Assembly (NCBI RefSeq): GCF_009914755.1
Contig: NC_060937.1
Source of the DNA: the human T2T-CHM13v2.0 reference genome, Homo sapiens
Reading direction: 5' to 3' (one strand)
Length of the DNA stretch: 64,000 bases
In this document: positions 40,625-54,331 of the stretch, one piece after another
Layout of the letters: every line of letters starts with the position of its first letter
Numbering within the stretch: position 1 is the first letter of the stretch
Notes under the pieces: generated by a model
The model's database searches: none
Told to the model about the DNA's origin: nothing
Seen by the model: the letters and a program-made list of their open reading frames with translations, nothing else
Position numbers and translations under genes: made by a program

Positions 40625-43426
40625 CATATTTTACAGGTTAGGTTTAGAGAGTTTGCTTCCGAAGTCAAACTCTTTTCTTTTCCAGGTTAAATGCCCAAAC
40701 CTCAGGGATCACATCTTTGACTTTGGTCTCCTGTTATTTGTATTTTAAGTGCCTCTGACTTTTTCTATAAACCATTGATCACAGTTATAATTAAATACTT
40801 TCACAACCCATATGGGCTGATGCTGGCCTCTCTTAGACTTAAAGGTTATAATATTCAAAGCAGATTTCTGACTATAAAAGAAGTGAGACTTAACAGATTG
40901 TTATCCATAGAGATTGAGAAGGCGGATAACCTGCTCGTTGCTCAGCAAACTCACTAAATGGCATCTTTACACACATTCCTTTTATCCCAAATTCCCTCGG
41001 CTTTAAGTTCACTCCTTCATTTCTCTCTCTTCAACCCCCTTTTCAGAAAGTCTCTTTCTTCTCTCAGTCACAGTGGTGTGACGTCTTTCCTTTCTAACCC
41101 TTCTCTAGCCCTCTTGGCCACACTGCATTTGTTCTGTGCTTCCTGCTACATGTTTCCCTTATGGTTTTCTGGACAAGCATTGATATCACAGCTTGCATGA
41201 AAATCCCCATCAGTTTTCCCATTCTAGGCCAGCACTATAAAAGGGTGGGTGTGACAATGAGGAGAAGGATAATAAGAGTTTATAAATTAATGTATTTTTC
41301 TTGTCACACATAATGATGGCATTATTTTCTCTATCTCCTACTGGGCAAGGACTGTGTCATAATGTCTGACTTGGTAGCTGACAAAGTAGAAGAGCAGAAA
41401 ATATTTGTTGAATGGGTATATAAATGTAGTTTGTTGGAAGACACATAGCTAGGATGTGGAAAGTCTTAATTCAAACCCAGATCTATCTGACTCCAGAGTT
41501 CTTCATTTCTGAAACAGTGATGGAAATTTGGTTTTTGAAACAGTGATGGAAATTTACTTCCATGGTAAGAAAGGGATGGTTTTTGGAACAAAGTTTACAA
41601 GGAAACAGCAGAGATGGGATCCAAATGGTGTGTGTAGGTGGATGGGAGGATAACCATGTAGGCGTGCAGGTACTGAAGGAGGAAACTTAGTGAAGCCTTA
41701 CCTAGAGGAATCTTGATCTATTAGTGAACCAGAAAAAAATCATCTACCAAGAATAAGAAGAAAAAGTGATGGCGACACAGTAAGTTAAAGGTGTAAGTTG
41801 AAAATGATTAGTAGAGATAACTGAGTATTGACCCTTAGAGACTGTTAGGCAGTACTGAAGACTGAATTATCAGTAGCACAAAGCCCCCAAGCTTTGTAGT
41901 TGTTAAAACAGCAGGATTTAGTAGTCCTTGTATAGGAAGAGCTAAATCAGACCTAGTTTTTCTATGATTTGGGTTTTGCACATAGATTAAATGAAAGGAC
42001 AGTGATTCTGTGGAAGTGATGATTATAGCAAAGGGATAGTTGTAATGAGGATCGGTGTGACCTAGATTGCTCAAAGACAGAAGGTGCCTCAAAGGGCTAT
42101 GAGCTTCTGGTAGTCGCTGCATGATGGAAATCCCTCTTCTCAGATGGCCAGATAGCACTGTGAACTTAAGAAGTAATAGATCATAGTGAGCCATCTTGGA
42201 GGTAACACAACACTCATAGTTGGCTCAGACACACTGAATCAGATGAGGGAAGCAGAGTTTTAGGACAGTAATTCTCCTCATCCATGGCAACAGGAACATT
42301 ATGTGCCATACTTCCATATCATTTGTAATTTTCGACCACTCTGAATGTCCAAATTAACTGTAAGGAAATTTTGTGTAGCCTTTTTCTTACTGTGCATTAA
42401 AAGACAGGTGTTTTTCATCTTTTTTTTGACCTCATAGATTCATATTAAAGTCAACGAGTTTTAAGATTAGGGCACCCACAAATTAGAGCAACTCAGTTGT
42501 TTAGTTCAAAAAACATTTATTGAGAAACTATTTTTCCTGCCAGACATAAAAGATACTGAAATGGAAAAGTAACATCCTCTGCTCCTGAGGAATTTCTAGA
42601 CTAACTTTCACATCATGTCAATGTGCTTTCAAAATTGTAATACATTCAATGGTGATAGTGCTTTGATTCCAAAGCTCTGAAAATTTACCTATGAGTTCTC
42701 TCTTTCCCATCTTCTCTTTTTGGAAGAAGGTGGTCCAGCATGTGCTTGAGTACATCTGACAAAGGGAAGCCTGCTGTGTCCTGAGAGAGCTTGACAAGGC
42801 ATGATCAGCCCATGAGAAGTGCGCGAGTTCCCTCTCCCAGGACCATGCTAGCACGGGAGAGACATTTTCATGCATCTGAGCTCATTCTAGTAAAGTCCTA
42901 AGCAAAGGCAAAGGAGTAGCAACATCAATATTTCTTTCAGACCCTGAGGTCTTTGATTCTCACATTTATTTTTACTTTTATCATCTTTCTCTTTTTTGAG
43001 GCCATGTAATCAATGATAAATTGTCCACCAGAAAACAAAACTTAGTAAAATAAAAGTCCTCTTTAAATATATCCTTTTGACTCCAGATTTTCTGTTACTT
43101 TCACTACCGTGGTAGAGAGGAGGATATGTGATTTGTTTTAAAACTGCTTATCCTAAAAAGTTGGTAAGTACCATACACCCCTACATTAGTTACACTTACA
43201 TGCATGACATTAGTTATATTTACATGCACGACTACCATTTATTGAACAACACACATTTATTGGCAGAGATTGTATACAGAATGCTTTGAAACAAGGAATG
43301 AAAAGAAAAATAAGATGGGCAAGAATAAGGGAGAGAAAAATGGATCTGAAAACTAAGTTTCTTTAAGTCAGGCTGAAGGGACTGTTACTGTTTTATGTTA
43401 GACATTTTTTAATTTGAAACACATAA

Positions 43427-43787
<361 letters not shown>

Positions 43788-45349
43788 TGAAATATGCAAT
43801 TGTTTTTTAATGGTAAATGAATTTTGGCAAGGAAACATGAAATTCTAATTTGGTTTTTTAAAATTGTTATTTAAAAAACACTCAAGTAGTTTTCTTGCAC
43901 AAGTTCGAGGCACTATCTCTTTGATGTAGACATTGGCTGCCATTCCTATCATTTTCCCAGTTGGCTCACTCTATGGCAACAGGCATACTACTACTTACTC
44001 TTTTCATTTTGATTCTTCTTTTCTCTCTTTTTCATCCTGTCTCTTGGCCAGATCCCACTTGTATTCTGGAGCTACTCCTTGCCTAGAGGAAGCACTTCAA
44101 TTGTTCCCTAGTCTAATGAATAATTCATTTGTGTCTTTGAATTCTGGGTAAACTTGATATATTTCCTCCCTCGTCATTCGTGGTTTTTATACCTATCTTC
44201 TCTGGACAGGTTTACTCCAATCAAGAAGCAGTTAAAAAGAATCCTCTAGCACCCCCTGTCTTCATTATGAGAGCTGGCAGAAGCAAAGAGGAGTTCTCTT
44301 GCTGGCATCAGAGGGTAGATGGGAGCTTTAGATGTCATTCCATTTTCCAGAGAACTGCTGAGTTCTGCGGAGACTCTCTTTTTTAACCAATCTTTTCTTT
44401 CAATTTTTCCCTCTCTGACTAACCTCTGACTTCCTGTTATCAAATGCCAACTTCATCTCACTCATCTTATTCAAGTTTCACTTCAAGGCCCTAGTGACAC
44501 GTACCCCTCCCCTTTGCCATAATTTTTATTTGATTCTAAATGTTTTCCTGTTTTCAAAAGCACCATAAATATCAAATATTTTATTCAACAAAATGGCCAA
44601 CTCTAGATATCATGAAATTACCGGAGCATTTCATTTTGTGTATTACGGAGATATTAATGGAGACAGGTTAGACCTCTGGGGAAGATGGCTCACTCACTGA
44701 GAGAGATCTAGTTATTGGGCAATCTCATTTGCAATTTATTTTAGCAATTGTTTCTGGTCAGATAAATGCACATGAGTAAGAGAACACTTATTTAGCTCAA
44801 TTATATTATACACAAACTGGCTACTTTAGTTGGAAATAAAAGCTGGGCATTTTCTGCTTAGCTTTCATCGTGTTCTACTTGAAAAGGAACTTATCTTCAG
44901 AGAATACAAGCCACTCTATGTCTATCTCCTAAGTCTTACTTAGGTATAGCCTCCCACCTCCCACCTGTGTGAAAGAACTAGTTCAGTGTAGAATTGCCAG
45001 TGAATTAGTGAGTAATTCTGTCTAATCTGGAATTTAGTTAACGTCACACCACTTGGGTCTCATACATAGAAACACGTGGCCTAACTTTGCTTCCATTTGA
45101 CTCTCCTTATTTTCAAATGAAGTCTGAAGAAGAAGGTTGTTTTTGGAGGACCTCTCTTATTAGGTTCTCCAAAGGCTCCTCAACGTTTGGAAACTCTTGT
45201 ATCTGAATTCATCATTTTTATTACACAGAGGGGAAAATTTGGGCCATGTTTCGTTTTTACTCAGCCACCTATGACATTGAGATAAACATACATAATTAAT
45301 GGGATCATCTTTCCTTCCATAGAGATGGCAGTGAAATGTATTTTTGTTG

Positions 45350-45580
45350 ATTCATTCATTCAACAAATATTTTTGGGGCAATTTCTGTAAACCGGGCACA
45401 GATCATAGAACCATGCTATGGATAAAAGCTGTGAAAGAGACAGACACTGGCCCCATTCAATGGTAGGAAATAGAGATGTTAAGTTATTTCTGTCATGACA
45501 AATGCTACAAAAAAAGGATGTCTAAGTCTACATAAAAGAAAGCAAGGGTCCAGTGAGGAGAATCCAGCACATGCGAATAT
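45350..45580 (-). mobile_element. L2 3' end
   Basis: ttcattcattcaacaaatattt...gggcac. Confidence 0.65.
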
Positions 45581-45582
45581 CT

Positions 45583-45800
45583 GGGCTGGCCATGCCAAAA
45601 TGGGAGCTGCTAGCCACACGTGGCTATTTAAGTTTATATCTAAATTAATTCAAATGGAATGAAATTAAACATTCACTTCCTCAGTTTCCCTAGCCACTTT
45701 CATGTGCTTAGTAGACACATATGGATAATGGCTATCATATTGAAAAACACAGATATAGAATTTTCCATAATGCTAGAAAGTTCAATTAAATGGCTCTAGA
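45583..45800. mobile_element. MER3-like hAT MITE
   Basis: ctagccacacgtggctatttaa...ttcctcagtttccctagccac...gtgctt. Confidence 0.75.
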
Positions 45801-46134
45801 TTATATAGGAGTCAAATCCAGTAGCTGAGTTCCATTATCTTATGTCATCTTTTTACCCATCCATCCCAAGTTTTACGAAGTCAATAGCCAAGTGTTTAGT
45901 ACTTTTGTTTAATCCTGTGTTTCCAGTAAATATCTACACTATTTAAAACAATAAAAGCAACTTGATTCAAAAGGGAGTAAAAACAATTATTATCTCATGC
46001 CTAACAATCTATATTTACAGACTTTCTAAGTATTGAAATTTGTTATTTTGGTATTAGAAAAATCTATTATGTAACCGTGGTTTGATTCCAAGCACCTAAT
46101 AACCTTAACCTATTTCAGGTTAAATGGGATATTT

Positions 46135-46370
46135 TTTCAATTATTCAACAAATAATTATTGAGTTATTCTATAATCCAGGCACTGTATAGGTGGCGAGGA
46201 CACAATGATAGGCAAAGTAGTACAAGTTTCTACTTTTGGATAGCTTACATTCTAATAGAGACTATCAATAAACAGAGTTTATATAGCTCTGATGGTGATA
46301 AACCCATAAGAAGAAAAATAAAGTAACATAAGAGAATGAAGAATAATAAGGATGGGTGTGTGCCATTTTG
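46135..46370 (-). mobile_element. L2 3' end
   Basis: attcaacaaataattattgag...ccaggcactgt...agcttacattcta. Confidence 0.7.
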
Positions 46371-46915
46371 TTGTGTTTTTAATTGATGAACTGAACCTTT
46401 TTTCATTAAGAAATTTACTGTACTATCTCAGGTATTACACAGAGTGTTGAAATCTTTGTTTTAAGTTAATATATCAATTCCATGTTTTATAAAATTAATG
46501 TATATAATTTTCCTTCACTTTTAACCTATGTATTTATATTTAAAGTGTGATTTTTGCAGACAGCATACAGTGAGGTCTTATTTATTTTTTAATCCAGACT
46601 CATAATCTTTGCCTTTTGATTGGATCATTTACTTGATTGACATTTAATGTAATTATTTGTATATTTTAAGGATATCATCCTACTATTTGTTTTCTGTTTG
46701 TCCCATGTGTGTTTTATATATTTCCTTGTTCTTTTTCTCTTTTGAATTGAGTATTTTTAGTATTCTATTTTTATTATGCTCACTGGCTTCTTAGCTATAG
46801 TAGTGTCCTCAATTATTTTGGTCATTTCCCTAGAAATATTCATCTTTGAGCTATAACAGTCTACCTTCAAATACTATTAACCACTTATATGAGAATTTTA
46901 CAACAATACACTTAC

Positions 46916-47178
46916 TTTTTTTTTTTTGAGATGGAGTCTTGCTCTGTCACCCAGGTTGGAGTGCAGTGGCACGATCTCAGCTCACTGCAACCTCAGCCTC
47001 CTGAGTAGCTGGGATTACAGGCACCCACCACCACGCCCAGCTAATTTTTGTAGTTTTAGTAGAGACAGGATTTAATCATGTTGTCCAGGCTGGTCTTGAA
47101 CTCCTGCCCTCAGGTGATCCACCCGCCTTGGCCTCCCAAAGTGCTGGGATTACAGGCATGAGCTACTGCACCCAGCCC
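46916..47178 (-). mobile_element. AluS with about 30 bp internal deletion
   Basis: ctgcaacctc is joined directly to agcctcctgagtagc. Confidence 0.93.
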
Positions 47179-47729
47179 AATACCCTTTTTTCCTTCCTTC
47201 CTTTGTGTTCCTATTGTTATCATACTTTTACTCTTACATATGGTATATATCCCTTGCTACAATATTATTATATTTGCTTTGAGCAGTTAATTATATTTTA
47301 AGAAGTATTTTTTAAGTGAGGAAAAAAGCTTTTTTATTAATACACATTTATCATTTCTTGCATTCCTTTATTTAGATCTGCATTTTCTATAATATTTAAT
47401 ATAATGCTGATTTGTTGCACCTAAATTATCTCAGATTTGTTTGTCTAAAATGTCTTTATATCACTTATGGTTTTGAAAATATTTTTACTGGATATAGGCT
47501 TCTAGGACAAGTTTTTTTTATTTTAATGTATTGAATATGTACTATTGTCTTCTTGTTTGCATTGTTTCTGATTAGAAGTAAGTAGTTATTCTTGATCCCC
47601 TGTATATACTGTGTCTATATTTTAGAAAAAAGCTTTTAAAATTTTCTCTAAGTGATTTTATTATGGTGCTTCTTGATGTAGTTGTTTTTATACGTTTTGG
47701 GGGCTTGTTGAGATTTTTGGATCTGTTAG

Positions 47730-49997
47730 TGTATTAGTCAATTCTCATGTTTCTATAAGGACACAATCAAGACTGGGTAATTTATAAAAGAAAGAGGTTT
47801 AATTGACTCACAGTTCTGCAGGGCTGGGAAGGCCTCAGGAAACTTACAATCATGGTGGAAGGGGAGGTAAACACGTCCTTTTTCACATGGCAGCAGCAAG
47901 GAGAAATGCAGAGTGAAGGGGGAAAAATCCTTCTAAAACCATCAGATCTTACGACAACTCACTCACTATCACAAGAAGAGCGTGGAGGTAACCGCCCTCA
48001 TGATTCAATTACCTCCCATTGGCTACCCCCCATGACACGTGGGGATTATGGGGACTACAGTTCAAGGTGAGATTTGGGTGGAGACACAGCCAAATCATAT
48101 CATTTCACCCTTGGCCCCTCCCAAGTCTCATGTCCTCACATTTCAAAGCCAATCATGCCCTCCCAACACACCCCCAAAGTCTTAATTCATTTCAGCATTA
48201 ACTCAAAAGTTCAAGTCCAAAGTCTCATCTGAGACAAGGCAAGTCCCTTCCACCTATAAGCCTGTCAAATCAAAAGCAAGTTAGTTACTTCCTAGATACA
48301 GTGGGGGTACAGACATTGGGCAAATACACCCAATCCAAATGGGAGACACTGGCCAAAACAAAGGGGCTATAGGCCCCATCCAAGTCCAAATCTGATAGGG
48401 CAGTCATTAAACCTTAAAGTTCCAAAATGATCTCCTTTGATTGCATGTCTTACAACCAGATCATGCTGATGCAAGAGATAGGCTCCCACAGCCCTGGGCA
48501 ACTCTGCCTATGTGGCTTTGCAGGGTACAGCCCCCTTCTGAGCTGCTTTCATAGGTTGGTGTCAAGTGCCCGCAGCTTTTCCAGGTACACAGTGCAAGCT
48601 GTTGATGGACCTACCATTCTGGGATCTGGAGGACAGTGGCCCTCTTCTCACAGGTCCACTAGGCAGTGCGCCAGTGGGGACTCTGTGTGGAGGCTCCAAC
48701 CTGACATTTTCCTTCTGCAGTGCCCTAGCACAGGTTCTCATGAGGGCTCTGCACCTGCAGCAGAGTTCTGCCTGGATATCCAGGGGTTTCCATACATCCT
48801 CTGAAATCTAGGTGGAGGTTCCCAAACCTCAGTTCTTTACTTCTGTACACCATGTGGAAAGTGCCTAGGCTTGGGGCTTGAATCCTCTGAAACCATGGCC
48901 TGAGCTGTACCTTGGCCCCTTTTAGTCATGGCTGGAGGAGCTGGGATGCAGGGCACCAGATCCTGAGGCTGCACACAGTAGGGGGTCCCTGGACCCAGCC
49001 CAAGAAACCATTTTTCCCTTCTCGGCCTCTGGGCCTGTGATGGGAAGGGCTGCTGTGAAGGTCTCTGACATGCCCTGGAGACATTTTCCCCCTTTGTCTT
49101 GGTGATTAGCTTTTGACTCCTTGTTACTTATGCAAATTTCTGCTGCTGGCTTTAATTTCTCCCCAGAAAATGGGTTTTTCTTTTCTACTGCATCATCAAG
49201 CTGCAAATTTTTCAAACTTTTATGCTCTACTTCCTTTGAACACTCTGCCACTTAAAATTTCTTCTGCCAGATACCCTAAATTATCTCTCTCAAGTTCAAA
49301 GTTCCACATATATCTAGGTCAGGGGCAAAATGCCACCAGTGTCTTTGCATAGTAAGAGTGACCTTTACTCCAGTTCCCAAGTTCCTCATCTCCATCTGAG
49401 ACCACCTTACCCTAGACTTTATTGTCCATATCACTATCAGCATTTTAGTCAAAGCCTTTCAACAAGTCTCTAGGAAGTTCCAAACTTTCCCACATTTTTC
49501 TGTCTTCTTCTGAGTCCTCCAAACTATTCCAACCCTTGCCTGTTACCCAGCTCCAAAGTTGCTTCCACGTTTTTGGGTATCTTTACAGCAGCAGCCCACT
49601 CTACTGGTACCAGCTTACGGTATCAGTCCATTCTCATGCTGCTATAGGGACATACCCAAGACTGAGTAATTTATAAAGGAAAGAGGTTTAATTGACTCAC
49701 AGTTCCATAGGGTTGTGGAGGCCTCAGGAAACTTACAATCATGGCAGAAGGGGAAGCAAACACATCCTTTTTCACATGGCAGCAGTAGGGAGAAGGGCAG
49801 AGCAAACGGTGGTGGGGAAAGCCCTTTATAAAACCATCAGATCTCATGAGAACTCACTCACTCCCACAAGAACAGCATGGAGGTAACTGCCCCCATGATT
49901 CAGTTACCTCCCACCAGGTCCCTCCCATGTCATGTGGGTATTATGGGAACTACAGTTCAAGTTGAGATTTGGGTGGGAACACAGCCATACCATATCA
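47730..49997 (-). mobile_element. Complete THE1D-like MaLR provirus (LTR 47730-48102, internal 48103-49618, LTR 49619-49997)
   Basis: Two direct LTRs ending catatca flanking a typical THE1 internal region of about 1.5 kb. Confidence 0.93.
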
Positions 49998-50060
49998 GTT
50001 TATATATTTTTAATCACATTTGGAAGTGTTTTGGCAATTGTTTCTTCAAACTTTTTCTTC

Positions 50061-50352
50061 AGCTGAGTGCAGTGGCTCATGCCTGTAATCCCTGCATTTT
50101 GGGAAGCCAAGGCAGGTGAATCACTTGAGTCCAGGACTTTGAGACTGGCTGGGCAACATGGTGAATCCTCTTCTCTACAAAATATTTTTGGAAAAATCTA
50201 GCTGATTGTGGTGGCTTGCACCTGTAGTCTCTGCTCCTTGGGAGGCTAGGTGAGAGGATTGCTTAACCCCAAGAGACAGAGGCTGCATTGAGCCATAATT
50301 GTACCACTACTCTCCAGCCTGGGTGACAGAGTGTGACCCTGTCAAAAAAAAA
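50061..50352 (+). mobile_element. AluJ
   Basis: tcacttgagtccagg, gaggattgctt, gaccctgtc diagnostics; short poly(A). Confidence 0.9.
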
Positions 50353-50494
50353 CCTTTTTTTTTTTCCCATCCTAATAGCTTTCTTTTCTCTGTCTAAGAC
50401 TGAAATTACATTTAAGTTAGATTGCCTGATACAGGTCCTTTGTAGGCAGAGCTACACAGAGCTACAGCAGAGCAGCTGCTGTGTTGCTCCCATT

Positions 50495-50860
50495 AGAGGT
50501 GAGAGATATTAAAAACCAAGATCTGGGAACACTCCTCAGTTTTTGGTTTAAGCTACAATGTGATCTTGACATATAAACAGAGATAAAAAGAAAAAGGTTA
50601 GATTTTGAGTGAGGGGAGTATATTAGTCATGTTAAATTTGAGACTCCTATTAAAAAACAGCTGGAGATGAAAACATATATTTGTTCATCCAAGTGTGATT
50701 CTTGGGCAAAAGACTGGAGATGGTGGTGTACATTTAAGAGTTAAGATACAGATAGAGTAATAAACTATGACACTGAATGACATCACTTTGGCTTGAATTC
50801 TACATAGAAAAGAGAAGAATGCTTAGGATGGAGCTCTACATCACTCCAACATTAAGAGAT
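50495..50860 (-). mobile_element. L2 fragment
   Basis: catgttaaatttgagactcctatta...ctggagat...cactccaacattaagag. Confidence 0.55.
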
Positions 50861-51029
50861 TACACAAAAGCAACTGTAATTTTTGTGCATTTAAAGGAGA
50901 CTCTAATTTGGCTTTGTGTTATTTAGTTTTAACCCAAATTTTAAAATAAGAAATGAAAACTGGGATAGAAATCTTGTCATTGTTTATAATCTGATCTAAT
51001 AGGAAACAAATTTTGTTACAGTAGGATAC

Positions 51030-52470
51030 AACTTAATTTTGTATATTAACCTTGTAGTCTGCAAACTTACTGAAATTGTGTATTAACTTTTACAGGTTGA
51101 GCGTGTGTGTGTGTGTGTATGTATGTGTATTCCTTAGGAGTTTCTACATATAAGAACTTGTAATCAGAAAATAATTTTACTTCTTCCTTTCAAATCTGTA
51201 TACCGTTTATTTCTGTTTCTTTCCTGATTGCTTTGACTAGAATTTCCAGTATAATTCTGAAGAGAGGCTGTGAGTTTGAAATGCTAATCTTGTTCCTGTT
51301 ATTGGGGTAAAGCAGTCAGTCTTTCCTCACTAAGCATGATGTTAGTCGTGAGATTTTTATTGATGTCCATTATCTGGTTGAGAAGTGTCCTTTCTATCCA
51401 TAGTTTGTTGGGATGAAAAGTTATTGGATTTTGTTAAATTCTTTTTGTGCATCTATTGAGATGATCATGCAGTTTTCCTACTTCATTTCATTAATTCCAT
51501 CTACTATATTGATTGATTTTAAATGTTGAGCCATCCTTGCATTCTTGGAATAAATATCACTTTGTTAAGGCATATACTCACTTTGTATGTTGCTGTAGTC
51601 ACTTTGCTAGTCTTTCCTAAAAGATTTTTTAATGCCTATTTTCATAAGGGATATTGATCTATGGTTTTATGTATGTGTGAGGGTGGGGGAGATGTCTTGG
51701 TCTGGTTTGGGTATCAGAGAAACACTGTTCTTCTAGAACAAGTTGGGAAGTGTTTCTTCTTCTGTTTTTTGATAAGAATTTATAAGGAATTGGTGTTAGT
51801 TGTTTGTATTGGTTTCCTAGTGCTGCCCTAATAAGGTGAGCCCACAAGAGCTGAGCCCACAAAATTGGTGGCTTTAATAACATAAATTTATACTCTCACA
51901 GTTCTGGAGTTTAGATATCTGAAATAAACATGATGGCAGATTCATTCTTCCACCAAAGCCTCTAGAAGAGGTTCTTTCCTTGCCTGTTTAAGCTTCTGAT
52001 AGTCCCAGGCATTCCTTGACTTGTGGCAGCATAATGCCAATCTCTACCTGTGGCCATCTTCCCTCTACATCTGTTGTCTCTCCTCCTGTTCTTATGAGGA
52101 CACCAGTCATATTGGATTAAGGGATACCCTACTCCAGTATGATCTCATCTTAACTAATTACAGCCGAACCACCTCTTTTCCCAAATAAGATCACATTCTG
52201 AGGTTCTAAAAAGAAAAATTATTGAGGGGAGGAATGAATGCACCTAGTATATTTTTCCTTAAATATTTGGTAAAAATTCACCAGTGAAGAAATCTCATAC
52301 TGAGCTTTTCTTTGTGGGATGTTTTCAAATTACTAACTGGATATCTTAGTTACTATATGTGTATTCAAATTATCTATTTTATCTTGAATCAATTTCAGTA
52401 GTTTGTGTCTAAGAATTTTTTCATATCATCTGTTTTATCTAACTTGTTGGCATACAGTTGTTAATGGTGT
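51030..52470 (-). mobile_element. L1M ORF2 relic interrupted by MLT1C
   Basis: gcatctattgagatgatcatg, ccatccttgcattcttggaataaa, aattcaccagtgaag. Confidence 0.85.
51804..52250 (-). mobile_element. MLT1B/C LTR
   Basis: tgtattggtttcctag...tctcacagttctggag...aggacaccagtcatattggattaaggg...ccaaataagatcacattctgagg. Confidence 0.85.
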
Positions 52471-53378
52471 TTATTTTTTATTATACTTTAAGTTCTGGGG
52501 TACATGTGCAGAACGTGCAGGTTTGTTACATAGGTATACACATGCCACGGTGGTTTGCTGCACACATCAACCCATCATCTACATTAGGTATTTCTCCCAG
52601 TGCTATCCCTCTCCCAGCCCCCCAGCCCCTGACAGGCCCCAGTGCGTGATGCCCCCCACCCCCATGTCCATGTGTTCTCATTGTTCACCTCCCACTTATG
52701 AGTGAGAACATGCGGTGTTTGGTTTTCTGTTCTCGTGTTAGTTTGCTGAGAATAATGGTTTCCAGCTTCATCCATGTCCCTGCAAAGGACATGAACTCAT
52801 CCTTCTTTATGGCTGCATAGTATTCTATGGTATATATGTACCACATTTTCTTTACCCAGTCTATCAGTGATGGGCATTTGGGTTGGTACCAAGTCTTTGC
52901 TATTGTGAACAGTGCCGCAATAAACATATGTGTGCATGTGTCTTTATAGTAGAATGATTTATAATCCTTTGGGGTATATACCCAATAATGGGATTGCTGG
53001 GTCAAATGGTATTTCTAGCTCTAGAACCTTGAGGAATCACCACACCGTAATCTACAATGATTGAACTAATTTACACTCCCACCAAAATTGTAAAAGCATT
53101 CCTATTTCTCCACATCCTCTCCAGCATCTGTTGTTTCCTGACTTTTTAATGAACGCCATTCTAATTGGCATGAAGTGGTATCTCATTGTGGTTTTGATTT
53201 GCATTTCTCTAATGATTAGTTATGATGAGCTCTTTTTCATATGTTTGTTGGCTGCATAAATGTCTTCTTTTGAGAAGTTCATTATACTTTGCCCACTTTT
53301 TGATGGGGTTGACATCCTTTGCCCACTTTTTGGTGGGGTTTGGTTTTTTCTTGTACATTTGTTTAAGTTCTTTGTAGT
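52471..53378 (-). mobile_element. L1PA 5'-truncated insertion (about 0.9 kb 3' end)
   Basis: ORF 52685-53005 is the ORF2 C-terminus (CTHMFIAALFTIAKTW...FMSFAGTWMKLETIILSKL); L1PA 3'UTR. Confidence 0.95.
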
Positions 53379-53379
53379 C

Positions 53380-53545
53380 TGCTGTTCCTACTAAGATGCA
53401 CCCATGTTTCTTGAATACACATCAGGGATTGCTGTAAGCCTATTATTTCCAGAGTTTTTAAAAAGTAGATTCTGATAATTTTGGCTAGTGTTCTCTTGAT
53501 GTCATGAAAGAGAGAATTTTCAAAATTATTTTTCTGCCATTTCTG
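53380..53545 (-). mobile_element. L1M 5' terminus fragment
   Basis: tttccagagtt...gattctgataattttggctagtgttctc...ctgccattt resembles a reverse-complemented L1M 5' end. Confidence 0.55.
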
Positions 53546-54119
53546 TCAATATCACTTTATAATTTGATTTTTAAATGGCCTTTCACAGGGCCATTACATT
53601 TATCTTAAATGTAATATTTATTAGTTTAACATTTCAATTTAGATTTACATTTTTCTAACATACATCGAGTATATTCTCTTATTTTGAAAGATATATAATT
53701 AGTGGTCTTATCCCTTGTGATCAATATAATCACACTTAGTAATGTAATCTTGTGGAATTCATTTATATATCAATTGTGGTAAAAACTGTTTTTGGAGAAT
53801 AATATAAATGGAGTAAGTGAATAATTCATAAATATGACAATGATCTTCATGGTGAAATAAAAGTAAGAAACACCAGAAGTAGATATTTTTTTTCCAAAAT
53901 GGCATGGTGATAAAAGATAATGAAAATAAAGTTCAAAAGTGTGAAAATAATAAATGAAAACATAACTTTGTCATTTTATTAGTAGACTAAATTTTAAAGG
54001 TAGTGTTGTTCTAATGGGATTAAACAATAAATAAATTACTCAAGCAATTTACAGAAGATATGAATAAATAAGTTCAGTTTGAAAGAGTTATAAAAAGAGA
54101 GGAGTCATTGAAGAACGAA

Positions 54120-54280
54120 AGTTAGAATTACACAAGTTTAGAGTTAGAAGGAATTATAGACAACATCTGATTCAACACATTCTTTTTTTTTTTTTAATGA
54201 AATAATGAGATTTAAAGAGGCTAAAACACTTGGCCAGAGTTAAACATTGAGGAATGGACCTAAAATGTTGACTAAAAGAT
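54120..54280 (-). mobile_element. MIR/MIR3 fragment
   Basis: gagttagaaggaattatagacaacatctgattcaac...agaggctaaaacacttggccagagt. Confidence 0.55.
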
Positions 54281-54331
54281 GACTCTGGTTGTGAGCTGGA
54301 CAATGTCCTGAAAGGCAGCTAAGATTACTTT

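Larger units (their letters stand above)
46380..50440 (-). mobile_element. Old L1M relic interrupted by AluS, THE1D and AluJ
   Basis: tgcagacagcatacagtgaggtctt..., atatttttactggatatag..., resumes after the THE1D with ttttggcaattgtttcttcaaa. Confidence 0.7.

Noticed and set aside
43183-43230. 24 bp tandem duplication; similar small duplications near 12100-12160, 30367-30397 and 51838-51862
   Set aside because: Ordinary two-copy slippage events with no further structure.
48427-49352. 125 aa and 109 aa ORFs
   Set aside because: Lie within the THE1 internal region; degenerate.
46916-50352. Inverted Alu pair as an A-to-I editing substrate
   Set aside because: About 2.9 kb apart and diverged (AluS with a deletion versus AluJ); generic and weak.
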